Positions 25,990-34,416 of a stretch of 64,000 nucleotides of DNA are shown in pieces. The DNA is taken from the IMG/VR virus record IMGVR_UViG_3300010356_000998, positions 44,743-108,742 of that record. One strand, 5' to 3'. The notes below the pieces were generated by a model. The model searched no databases. It was not told the origin of the DNA and saw only the letters and a program-made list of their open reading frames with translations. How positions within the stretch are numbered: position 1 is the first letter of the stretch; every line of letters begins with the position of its first letter. Source of the stretch: a virus. Taxonomy: Duplodnaviria; Caudoviricetes. The position numbers and the translations under genes were made by a program.

Positions 25990-26000
25990 GATAACAGATT

Positions 26001-26148
26001 TTCACGACAGGGGGAATTCCCTGCCGTAAAAGTTAGTGGGGGGTGGGGGCTGGGATACCCTATCAAATAAGCTGTCTCCTCAAAAAACTTTATAAATAAA
26101 AGGGGGGAGGGGTACTTTTATTTCAAAAAAAGACCGGGTGGGGTACTT
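26001..26148. other. divergence point with hairpin and G-tracts (possible terminus, origin or control region)
   Basis: Gene orientation flips here; G6/G5/G3 and G6/G4 runs; GGGGTACTT occurs twice. Confidence 0.5.
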
Positions 26149-26247
26149 ACAAAAAATATTTTAAAAATCATTTTGCGAAAAATAATATAAAATGACACAA
26201 TTTGCAAAAAACACTAAAATAAAAAAATAAAATAATTATTTTTTCCT

Positions 26248-26255
26248 TATCTTTG
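26248..26255 (+). promoter_or_regulatory. Bacteroidota -7 promoter element
   Basis: TATCTTTG at the start of the rightward arm; similar sites at 26703, 37085, 52532 and 54738. Confidence 0.55.
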
Positions 26256-26747
26256 TACCGTAACATGAATAACATAGGTATTCATATCACCCGATTGCAA
26301 CTCATCACCATGAGAGAACTAGGATCTGGGTCAGACGTTGGATAGGTAGGACGCTGATGAAAAAAGCAGCAACATAGTCCGAGGGTTTCTCCGACAGTTA
26401 CGAAAATGGCTTAAATGTATAAGCTTGTAGTTGAGATAGAACGAGAGGGTGCCGATAACAGTAGGCGCGGTTCTGATGACCAATTTACCGAAAAGGAAAA
26501 ACATCAGGTTCTATCGGGGTTTTAAAATGCACTGGCTACATGGAAGATTTAAGCTAAACGACCGGCACGATAAGATCGACAGTTGGTCAAACGGTAAACG
26601 TCAAGTTAATCCGATAGGGAGAGGTATATCTAAAAATAAAGATTCTTCTTTTACATCAGGGATAATATTTAAAGATAATGTTTAAAGTAATCGGGGGTGT
26701 TGTATCTTTGTGTTAAATTAACCTAACGAGTATAAAAACAATAATTA

Positions 26748-27107
26748 ATGGGTATAAAATTTAAAATAATCGTTAAAAGAAGTTCGATTAATAAATTGAA
26801 CGATCTTATTTATAAAAGAAAAGTATTAGTATTTTTAATTAATGGAGAAGAATATTGTATAATGCAAACAGATAATTATAATGATGAAGATGGGTTTAAT
26901 ACATCAATTCATATATGGCCTAGATGCTGGGGTTATGATGGTTATAAAGATGGTCACAGCATGTATATAGTTAATGTAACTAATGATATACTATTAAGCT
27001 ATTCTGAATATTTAATTGATGTTCTAAATAAACTTAAAGAAAGATCTTTAATTGATTTATCAGTTATTGAAATAAATGAAAATGACACAACATCAGAAGA
27101 TACTTAA
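26748..27107 (+). CDS. hypothetical protein
   Basis: 119 aa ORF downstream of TATCTTTG at 26703. Confidence 0.55.
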   Translation: MGIKFKIIVKRSSINKLNDLIYKRKVLVFLINGEEYCIMQTDNYNDEDGFNTSIHIWPRCWGYDGYKDGHSMYIVNVTNDILLSYSEYLIDVLNKLKERSLIDLSVIEINENDTTSEDT

Positions 27108-27393
27108 TTATATAGGTTTGATCAGAGAATCACATTCTAGTATGGTTAATATTTTTACAAAAGGAAGTTGTTTCAATTTCTATTTGATTTTAAAACAAAT
27201 GTATCCGCAAGCAATACCTTATTATAATATGGATCATGTGATTACTAATATCGATGGTAAATATTATGATATTACTGGAGAGGTGAAGAATATATCAGGT
27301 TATTATAAAGGATTAACAAATCATTTTATAAAACGTAAACAATCACAAATTATAAAACAATTATTAAAGTATGAGTATAAGAATGAAAGCTAG
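27076..27393 (+). CDS. hypothetical protein with Cys-His-Asp (papain/transglutaminase-like) pattern
   Basis: FTKGSC...DHV...YYDITG. Confidence 0.55.
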   Translation: MKMTQHQKILNYIGLIRESHSSMVNIFTKGSCFNFYLILKQMYPQAIPYYNMDHVITNIDGKYYDITGEVKNISGYYKGLTNHFIKRKQSQIIKQLLKYEYKNES

Positions 27394-27570
27394 AGGTAAA
27401 GGTGGTAAACCAAGTATAACTTGGGGTAGAAAAGCATCTAAAAAATTACACACATCAGAATTTAAACCTACTAATAATAGTAACAAAAATTACACTAAAC
27501 ATGTTCTTATAAGTTTACTACTATTTGTTAGTATTATACTTGGGTTTATATTATTTAAAAAATAAACAAT

Positions 27571-27957
27571 ATGGAATTAAATATCTTAAACAAGAGGTTA
27601 AATGTAGATTCAGATACGTTTCATGAAAAATCTGAATTTGAATTTTGGAATATTTATTTTCAACTTCTTAATTTAAGAAACCCTGTTTTAACTGATAAAG
27701 ATTGTAGTATAATGGCTTCTATATTAACAGAACCATTAGAAGAGAATGTTATTAATATGAAAAGAATTGAAGAAGTAACAAAAACAAGTGCTACAAATTT
27801 ATATGCTAAATTTAAGCAATTGTGTGAAAAGGGCTTTTTAATTAAGAATGAAGAAGGGTATTTATTAAATCCTGCATTAATAGGTTTTCAAAAATATATT
27901 AAGAAAACGACAAACAAAAGAATTAAATTTACAATACCTTTAGAGATATGTCAATAA
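27571..27957 (+). CDS. winged-helix DNA-binding protein
   Basis: LYAKFKQLCEKGFLIK...YLLNP pattern. Confidence 0.6.
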   Translation: MELNILNKRLNVDSDTFHEKSEFEFWNIYFQLLNLRNPVLTDKDCSIMASILTEPLEENVINMKRIEEVTKTSATNLYAKFKQLCEKGFLIKNEEGYLLNPALIGFQKYIKKTTNKRIKFTIPLEICQ

Positions 27958-28139
27958 TTGAAACTATACTAGAATGTCAATCTGACTATTATAAAAGACA
28001 TAATCGAGCGGTATCTTTGTTAATGTTAAATAAGGATACTTATAGAAAGTTGTTAATGGAATTAGAAAAAAGTCATATAAGTAATTTACACGGTATGCAG
28101 ATTATTTTAAATTCTAAGAAAAATTTAGAATTAATATGA
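27948..28139 (+). CDS. hypothetical protein
   Basis: 63 aa, coupled to both neighbours. Confidence 0.5.
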   Translation: MSIIETILECQSDYYKRHNRAVSLLMLNKDTYRKLLMELEKSHISNLHGMQIILNSKKNLELI

Positions 28140-28486
28140 CGTCTAAAATAATAGAAAAGATCTCAAAAGAAAGAAAATTACCACCTGAACAAGTTAAAAT
28201 GGTAATTGATAGTTTATATGATGGGTTAAGATATTACTTAACCAACCCTTTAGAAACCAAAGATGGTATTATATTACATAACTTTTTATCTTTTTATATT
28301 GATGAAAAAAAAGTAAATAAGTATGTAGAAAGATTAAAATTAAAACAATTTAAAAACCCACCTAGATCTGAAGAAAGTCAATTAGAATTTTATGACGATC
28401 TTTTAAAAGTAAAGAAAAAATATGAAAGACAAAAGAAACAGCCAGTATTCAATCAACAATTTGGTACAAGAACACCGCAAGAATGA
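28136..28486 (+). CDS. HU/IHF-like DNA-binding protein
   Basis: IIEKISKE..LP..QV..VID..GIILHNFLSF matches the HU N-terminal pattern. Confidence 0.55.
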   Translation: MTSKIIEKISKERKLPPEQVKMVIDSLYDGLRYYLTNPLETKDGIILHNFLSFYIDEKKVNKYVERLKLKQFKNPPRSEESQLEFYDDLLKVKKKYERQKKQPVFNQQFGTRTPQE

Positions 28487-29018
28487 TTTAGTAAAAAGAA
28501 GAAGTACATCTGCTAATTTTACAGATGATGATATTCCTGAAATAAGTCAGGAAGAATTAGCGGCTATTTATGAATATAATAGTTCATTAGCTAATATTGA
28601 TTCAGAATATGCTTCCGTACAACCAATGTCTAAGGTTTTAGTAAGAGTGTTTTTATTAGAACCTCATAAAACAGAAAATGGACTTTTAGAACCTCATACT
28701 CAGTTATTACCTGTTCCTACTAATAGTGGTTATGGTTCGGTTATGCAAATAGAATCACCATTTCCTTATTCAAATAAAGCAATTGTAATAGCAACTCCTC
28801 CTACATTTTCTATGATTAAAGTTGGAGATATTGTACAATTAGAAAGTAATCCAGTTAAACCAATTGTTACTGGTTCTGGTGCTAACGCTAGTGTACATGT
28901 ACCTTATGCTTATATGCATCCTTCCGCAAATACAATTGAAATTCCCACATCCTGTACTAATAAACATTATGGTTATTTGTTAATTCCTTTTCATGAAATA
29001 GCAACTAAAATAGCATAA
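28422..29018 (+). CDS. GroES-like co-chaperonin, extended
   Basis: QPMSKVLVR..KTENGLL, KAIVIA, IKVGDIV, YLLIPFHEIA mirror GroES strands. Confidence 0.55.
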   Translation: MKDKRNSQYSINNLVQEHRKNDLVKRRSTSANFTDDDIPEISQEELAAIYEYNSSLANIDSEYASVQPMSKVLVRVFLLEPHKTENGLLEPHTQLLPVPTNSGYGSVMQIESPFPYSNKAIVIATPPTFSMIKVGDIVQLESNPVKPIVTGSGANASVHVPYAYMHPSANTIEIPTSCTNKHYGYLLIPFHEIATKIA

Positions 29019-29386
29019 TGATGAAATACTATACACCTACTGAAGATGAATTTTTTAACGGGTTTGAGTATATTGAAAATGAAATAACAAAGGTATACCA
29101 TAATCGAATACTTGGTATTGAAAATTTAAAAATTAAATATTTAGATGTAGAAGATATTTTAAAATTAGGTTTTACATTAGAAGAAAATAAAGATGGTGTT
29201 TATAAATTTAATAAAATGTTCTTTGGAGAATCTCCATCATTTTATGAATTGATTTTTAAATTAGAAGATCGTACATTAACATTAAATGAAGTAAATCAGT
29301 TTAAAACTACAAATTTATTTTTAAATTTTCATTTAAAAAACATTAGCGAATTAAAATGGATTCTCAATAGATATGGGATTCTCTGA
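29018..29386 (+). CDS. hypothetical protein
   Basis: 122 aa ORF. Confidence 0.6.
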   Translation: MMKYYTPTEDEFFNGFEYIENEITKVYHNRILGIENLKIKYLDVEDILKLGFTLEENKDGVYKFNKMFFGESPSFYELIFKLEDRTLTLNEVNQFKTTNLFLNFHLKNISELKWILNRYGIL

Positions 29387-29618
29387 AACAAAAATAAAAA
29401 AACCAGCATTAATGGGTTCTACTCTTAAACATACTTTTATATACAATGGTGATAAAAAAATTGTTAGAGTAAACCCATTATGCGATTGTGTAAAATCTAA
29501 TATAAACCATCCTAATTATACTTTTTGGTTTAAAGTTAAAAGTAATTCTAATAAAATTATTGTAATTACTTATAATGATGAATCTAAAGAGTTTTTAGAA
29601 TTACAAGCAATAACATGA
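29373..29618 (+). CDS. small Ig-like hypothetical protein
   Basis: Beta-rich sequence with a PLCDC motif. Confidence 0.45.
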   Translation: MGFSETKIKKPALMGSTLKHTFIYNGDKKIVRVNPLCDCVKSNINHPNYTFWFKVKSNSNKIIVITYNDESKEFLELQAIT

Positions 29619-30046
29619 GATTAAATAACTATTTCGATTTAAGAGAATTTATACCTCCTCAAATATATAATCAATTTGGAGAAAGATCTTTACAATTTTT
29701 AGATCCTAAAATAATAACTTTAGCTACAGCGTATAGAGAATTTTTTCAATTACCTGTAGTTATTAACAACTGGCATTTAGGTAAAGGATTTTCATATAGA
29801 GGTTATCGTCCACCTAGAGTTAACGTTGGTGGTGAATATTCTCAACATAAGTTTGGAAGAGCTTTTGATTGTAACATTGGAAAAATGAATGAGTTGCAGA
29901 TGTTTAATGCAGTAAAAGAAAACTTTGAATATTTTAAACAGTTTGGATTAACCACTTTAGAAGATTATAGATTTACAGATGGTTGGTTACATTCAGATGT
30001 TAGATTTACAAATAAAGATGAACTTTTAATTGTAAAACCATTATGA
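29615..30046 (+). CDS. peptidase M15 family endolysin
   Basis: GYR...SQHKFGRAFD...WLHSD zinc-peptidase motifs. Confidence 0.85.
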   Translation: MRLNNYFDLREFIPPQIYNQFGERSLQFLDPKIITLATAYREFFQLPVVINNWHLGKGFSYRGYRPPRVNVGGEYSQHKFGRAFDCNIGKMNELQMFNAVKENFEYFKQFGLTTLEDYRFTDGWLHSDVRFTNKDELLIVKPL

Positions 30047-30661
30047 TTGAATTATAATAAAATGAATAGTTTTATAAATATAAAAAAAGAATTAAAACCA
30101 GATGAAAACTTTTGGGAGCTTAATCCACATTTAAGATTTGTAAATCCTTTTTCAAAATTATATTCAGAAGACGAATCTAAAAATAAAATTGATTCTTCAA
30201 AAACAATGTGGTGTATATTTTATTTATCAGAACCTGATGAAGATATAAATCTTTATTACAGATTATCTGAAGATGAAATATATGAAGTTTGCAAAAGTTT
30301 TCATCCTAAGTTTTCAATAGAAGATGAAGTTGTTTTAGAATGTATATCAGTTTATCCTGAAATTTGTTTAACTGTAATAGAAAGACTTTTAAAAACAACT
30401 AAAGATCTTTTTAAGAAAAGAAATAAATTTTTAAAAGAAGCAGATTATAATTTTGAAACAATGACTGCTATTGATAATGCTATAGCAAAGACTCCTAAAA
30501 TGGAAGAAGATTTTGATAAAATAGTTCAGAAATATACTGAAAGTAAGAAAACTGAAATACAGTTATATGGAGGTAGAAAATTAACAGCTAGAGAAAAGAA
30601 AACGATTAGAACTATAAATAATGATACAGACTTTAGAGCCCTTGAAGGCGACATTGATTAG
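30047..30661 (+). CDS. hypothetical protein, possible terminase small subunit
   Basis: Helical protein directly upstream of TerL; function from position only. Confidence 0.45.
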   Translation: MNYNKMNSFINIKKELKPDENFWELNPHLRFVNPFSKLYSEDESKNKIDSSKTMWCIFYLSEPDEDINLYYRLSEDEIYEVCKSFHPKFSIEDEVVLECISVYPEICLTVIERLLKTTKDLFKKRNKFLKEADYNFETMTAIDNAIAKTPKMEEDFDKIVQKYTESKKTEIQLYGGRKLTAREKKTIRTINNDTDFRALEGDID

Positions 30662-32984
30662 AATTGAAAATATAAAAACATGGTTGGTTAATGTACCTAA
30701 ATTACATCCTGATTCTGAAAGATTTAGTAAGTTATGGTCTTTATACACTAAGTATAGTATTGAAGGACTTTGGGGATATGATAATGGTGGATGGAGATAT
30801 ATGCCAGGTACTTTATTTTTCTATGGTAATTTCTTTTCAATTCTAGACATAGATCGTAAACAAAAAGTAAGACGATACGTCAGACCAACTATTAGAGATA
30901 TTGATTGGATGTTACATTATGCTTATTTAGAAGCTCAGGGTTTTTCTGGTTGGTCAAACGATGATGAATATACGTCTAATTATGATGTATTAAACTGCAA
31001 ATCTGTATCTGATACTACAGATCCTGATTTAATTAGTTCAAAAGGTACTCTTAAAAAGTTTATACATCCCAGAGATAATATTAAAAAGTTGCATGATGAA
31101 AATAAAGGAGTTCCTTTATATGCAAACGCTACTAAAAATCTTATGGTTTTTGGTTCAAGAGGTGGTGGTAAATCATTCTCTTTTGCTGGTATAGCAGCGC
31201 ATCATGTAACTTTTGATGGATTAAAATATTTTACTCAAGAAGATTTTGATAATCCTCCTACTATTGAAGTATGTATTGGTTCTGGTGGTACAGAAAAATC
31301 ATCTGAATTGTGTACAAAAATAGAAGATGGTTTAAAACAGTTTGGTACTAATAATGAATTAGGTGTTTGGGGAAGAGCTGATAAAGGAGATGATGATTAT
31401 ACACCTAATCCTTTTTATAGGGATTGGGAAGGTTCTATAGCAGTTGGTAATAAAAAGAATCCTTTTAGATATGAATATTCTGCTAAAATAAACGATCGTT
31501 GGATTAAAGGTTTAGGTACTAAAACTAAATTAGTTCACGTAAACTATTCTGATAAAAAACAAGGAGGTGAAGCTGCAGCGGCTGGTGGTCGTTATGTTTT
31601 ACATCTTTATGAAGAAGTAGGTTTAATGGCTAATATAGTAGACGCTTGGTTTTCAAATGTTGGTACTGTAACAGATCCTGATGGTAAACAATTTGGTGTA
31701 CAAGTTGCAATAGGCACTTCTGGTAATATTGATTTGGTGCAACAATCTAAAAAAATATTTACAAATCCAAATGATTATAATTGTTTAGAGTATGACGATC
31801 TTTGGGAAAATAGTGGTAAGATAGGTTTCTTTTTACCAGCGTATTTAACCAACTCTAAATTTAAAGATGAGAATGGAAATACAGATATAGATGCTGCTTT
31901 ACAGTTTTATATGAATCGTAGATTAGAAGCAGCTAAATCAACAGATCCTGAATCATTGCGAAATGAGAAAATGAATTATCCTATTATTCCATCAGATATG
32001 TGGATATCTTCTAAAGGATATTACTTTCCTATAATGGAATTAATGGATAGAGAAAAAAACTTAGTAAAAAAATCAACTTATCGTAATATAGGACAAGCTA
32101 CTAAATTTACTTGGGATTCTAATTATCCTAGAGGTGTTAGGTCAGATTTAGATTTAGAAGCTGAACCTTTTTACGAATTTCCTTATAATAGAAGTGTTTC
32201 TAAATTAGATGGTGCTATAATGATTTATCAAAATCCAGAAGAAATTGATGGAGAGATTCCAGACGATATGTATTTCTTTGTATTAGATCCTTATGTAGCA
32301 GATAATATAGATGAAGGAGAATCTTTAGGTGCTTTTTATGGATTTGTAAATCCTAAATATGGTTCTAAATATAATGGTGGTACAATGGTGTGTTCTTATA
32401 TAGGAAAACATCCCAATGGGAAAGATTCTTTTTATGAGAATATAGAAAAAATTATAGCTTATTATGGTAATTGTTCAAGAAGTTTATGGTATGAATCTAA
32501 CCGAGGTGATTCTGTTAGAGGTTATTTTTTAATGAAAAATAAATTAAATTTATTAGCTTTAGAACCTTTAAGAGAACGTGGTAATAATATATATGAAAGA
32601 AAAGTTATAAAATTTGGTATTCCTGTAAATAGTCAGGAAGATAAATTACAAATGATAACAGATGCTTCTGAATATTTATTACAAGAAATTACATACAATA
32701 ATGAAACATTAAGAGTTATTGAAACAATACCTGATATATTTTTAATTCGTCAAATGATGAATTTTGAAATTAAAAAACATAAAAACTTTGACGCGGTGTC
32801 AGCATTCATATTAGCTCCTTTTGTTATGAAAGAATTGAGACACAAAGAAAAAACAGAATTGGAAAAAAAGACAAGACATAACCCACTATCCTTTTTATCA
32901 GTAAATCCAAATGTATTTGATTTAGATGATACTAGGAATAGATTACTAAAATTTAAATATGCAACACAAGACTCAGATAATTGA
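30621..32984 (+). CDS. terminase large subunit
   Basis: Walker A GSRGGGKS, Walker B LYEEVG, GTSG coupling motif, nuclease motifs LDPY, YESN, NFDAV. Confidence 0.88.
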   Translation: MIQTLEPLKATLIRIENIKTWLVNVPKLHPDSERFSKLWSLYTKYSIEGLWGYDNGGWRYMPGTLFFYGNFFSILDIDRKQKVRRYVRPTIRDIDWMLHYAYLEAQGFSGWSNDDEYTSNYDVLNCKSVSDTTDPDLISSKGTLKKFIHPRDNIKKLHDENKGVPLYANATKNLMVFGSRGGGKSFSFAGIAAHHVTFDGLKYFTQEDFDNPPTIEVCIGSGGTEKSSELCTKIEDGLKQFGTNNELGVWGRADKGDDDYTPNPFYRDWEGSIAVGNKKNPFRYEYSAKINDRWIKGLGTKTKLVHVNYSDKKQGGEAAAAGGRYVLHLYEEVGLMANIVDAWFSNVGTVTDPDGKQFGVQVAIGTSGNIDLVQQSKKIFTNPNDYNCLEYDDLWENSGKIGFFLPAYLTNSKFKDENGNTDIDAALQFYMNRRLEAAKSTDPESLRNEKMNYPIIPSDMWISSKGYYFPIMELMDREKNLVKKSTYRNIGQATKFTWDSNYPRGVRSDLDLEAEPFYEFPYNRSVSKLDGAIMIYQNPEEIDGEIPDDMYFFVLDPYVADNIDEGESLGAFYGFVNPKYGSKYNGGTMVCSYIGKHPNGKDSFYENIEKIIAYYGNCSRSLWYESNRGDSVRGYFLMKNKLNLLALEPLRERGNNIYERKVIKFGIPVNSQEDKLQMITDASEYLLQEITYNNETLRVIETIPDIFLIRQMMNFEIKKHKNFDAVSAFILAPFVMKELRHKEKTELEKKTRHNPLSFLSVNPNVFDLDDTRNRLLKFKYATQDSDN

Positions 32985-34416
32985 TGACAGTTTACAAAAT
33001 GTTATCGAAGGATTAAATACAGCAGCTGATATAATCATATCTACGATGGGAGGTTCTGGACAAAATGTTATAATAAGTAAACCAGATATGGAATCTCCAG
33101 AAAATTCAATAAACTTTACTAAAGATGGTGTATCCGTAGCAAAAAGTATAAAATTAAAAGATCCTGTAAAAAATATAGGGGCTTCTTTATTAATTAATGC
33201 AGCTGATAAAACAGTTAAAGAATGTGGTGATGGTACTACATCTACTGCATTGTTTATTAAAACATTATTAAATTCTAATCATGTTTCTTTAATTCAGGAT
33301 AAGAATGAATTTATTGATGATTTAGAATTATTTTTAGAACAATTGGAAAGTATTTTAAAAGAACAATCTAAGAAAGTAGAGTCTATTGATGATATTTATA
33401 AGATTGCTATAACTTCATGCAAGTCTCCTAAAATAGCAAATTTAATAAAAGAGATTTATATTAAAACAGGATTTAATGCAGATATTGCTTTAGAATTATC
33501 TAGAACTTCAGATACTACTTATTATGAATTAATTGAAGGATTGAGTTTTGAATCTGGTATGGTTAGTACACTGTTTGCAAATCAAGATAATAATACTTGT
33601 ATTTTAGAAAATGCAATTGTATTAATTGAAAAAGAATTAATTAACTCAGCACAACCATTTCATGAAATTTTAGATGAATGTTTAGCTCAAGATAAAGCTA
33701 TATTAATTATGGCTCCTCAGTTTGGGGATGCTTTTGTAAGATTTGCTGTACATAATAAAATTCAAAAAGGTTTAAAAATATGTTTAGTTAATATTCCTGG
33801 ATATGGTGTTTTTCAAAAAGAAAATATTAAAGATATATTAACGTTTACTACAGATAATGAAGTAAATAAAGTTGTAATTACTCAACAAAATTTTACATTA
33901 TATAATAAACCGTATTCTGATAAAATTAACAAACGAGTTGCTCAATTACAAAAACTTGCGGACAATGCTGTTGAAGATTATGAAGAACAAGATTTTAAAA
34001 ATAGAATAACTAGACTTCAACAGACGGGTGCTGTAATTTATGTAGGCGGTGTTACAGAAAAAAATGCAAAAGAAGAATTTGATAGAATTGAAGATGCGTT
34101 AGGTGCTGTAAAATCTGCGTTACGTTTAGGTTATGTTAGAGGAGCTGGTGTGGAACTAATTCAAATAATTCCTTTATTTAAAAATAGTAGAATATTTCCT
34201 TTAATAAAAGAATTATTATCAAAACCACATAAGCAAATTTTACAAAATGCTAATATAACACGAGAAGTAAAAACGGACATTCCGTTTAATGTAAGAACTA
34301 AGACTTATGATGAAACTATTATTGATCCTACAGATGTGATATTAAATTCACTAAAGAATTCAGTATCATTATTTAAACTTTTAATTAACACATCTTTTAT
34401 TATTCATAATGAATAA
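32959..34416 (+). CDS. groEL: GroEL-like chaperonin
   Basis: TKDGVSVAKSI, GDGTTS, DRIEDALGAVKSA, IIDP motifs; lacks the GGM tail. Confidence 0.88.
   Translation: MQHKTQIIDDSLQNVIEGLNTAADIIISTMGGSGQNVIISKPDMESPENSINFTKDGVSVAKSIKLKDPVKNIGASLLINAADKTVKECGDGTTSTALFIKTLLNSNHVSLIQDKNEFIDDLELFLEQLESILKEQSKKVESIDDIYKIAITSCKSPKIANLIKEIYIKTGFNADIALELSRTSDTTYYELIEGLSFESGMVSTLFANQDNNTCILENAIVLIEKELINSAQPFHEILDECLAQDKAILIMAPQFGDAFVRFAVHNKIQKGLKICLVNIPGYGVFQKENIKDILTFTTDNEVNKVVITQQNFTLYNKPYSDKINKRVAQLQKLADNAVEDYEEQDFKNRITRLQQTGAVIYVGGVTEKNAKEEFDRIEDALGAVKSALRLGYVRGAGVELIQIIPLFKNSRIFPLIKELLSKPHKQILQNANITREVKTDIPFNVRTKTYDETIIDPTDVILNSLKNSVSLFKLLINTSFIIHNE

Noticed and set aside
25594-26070. 158-aa plus-strand ORF
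   Set aside because: Probable antisense shadow of the GC-rich minus-strand gene, running into the G-tract region
26449-26685. 78-aa ORF
   Set aside because: GTG start inside nested RNA helices and no protein-like features
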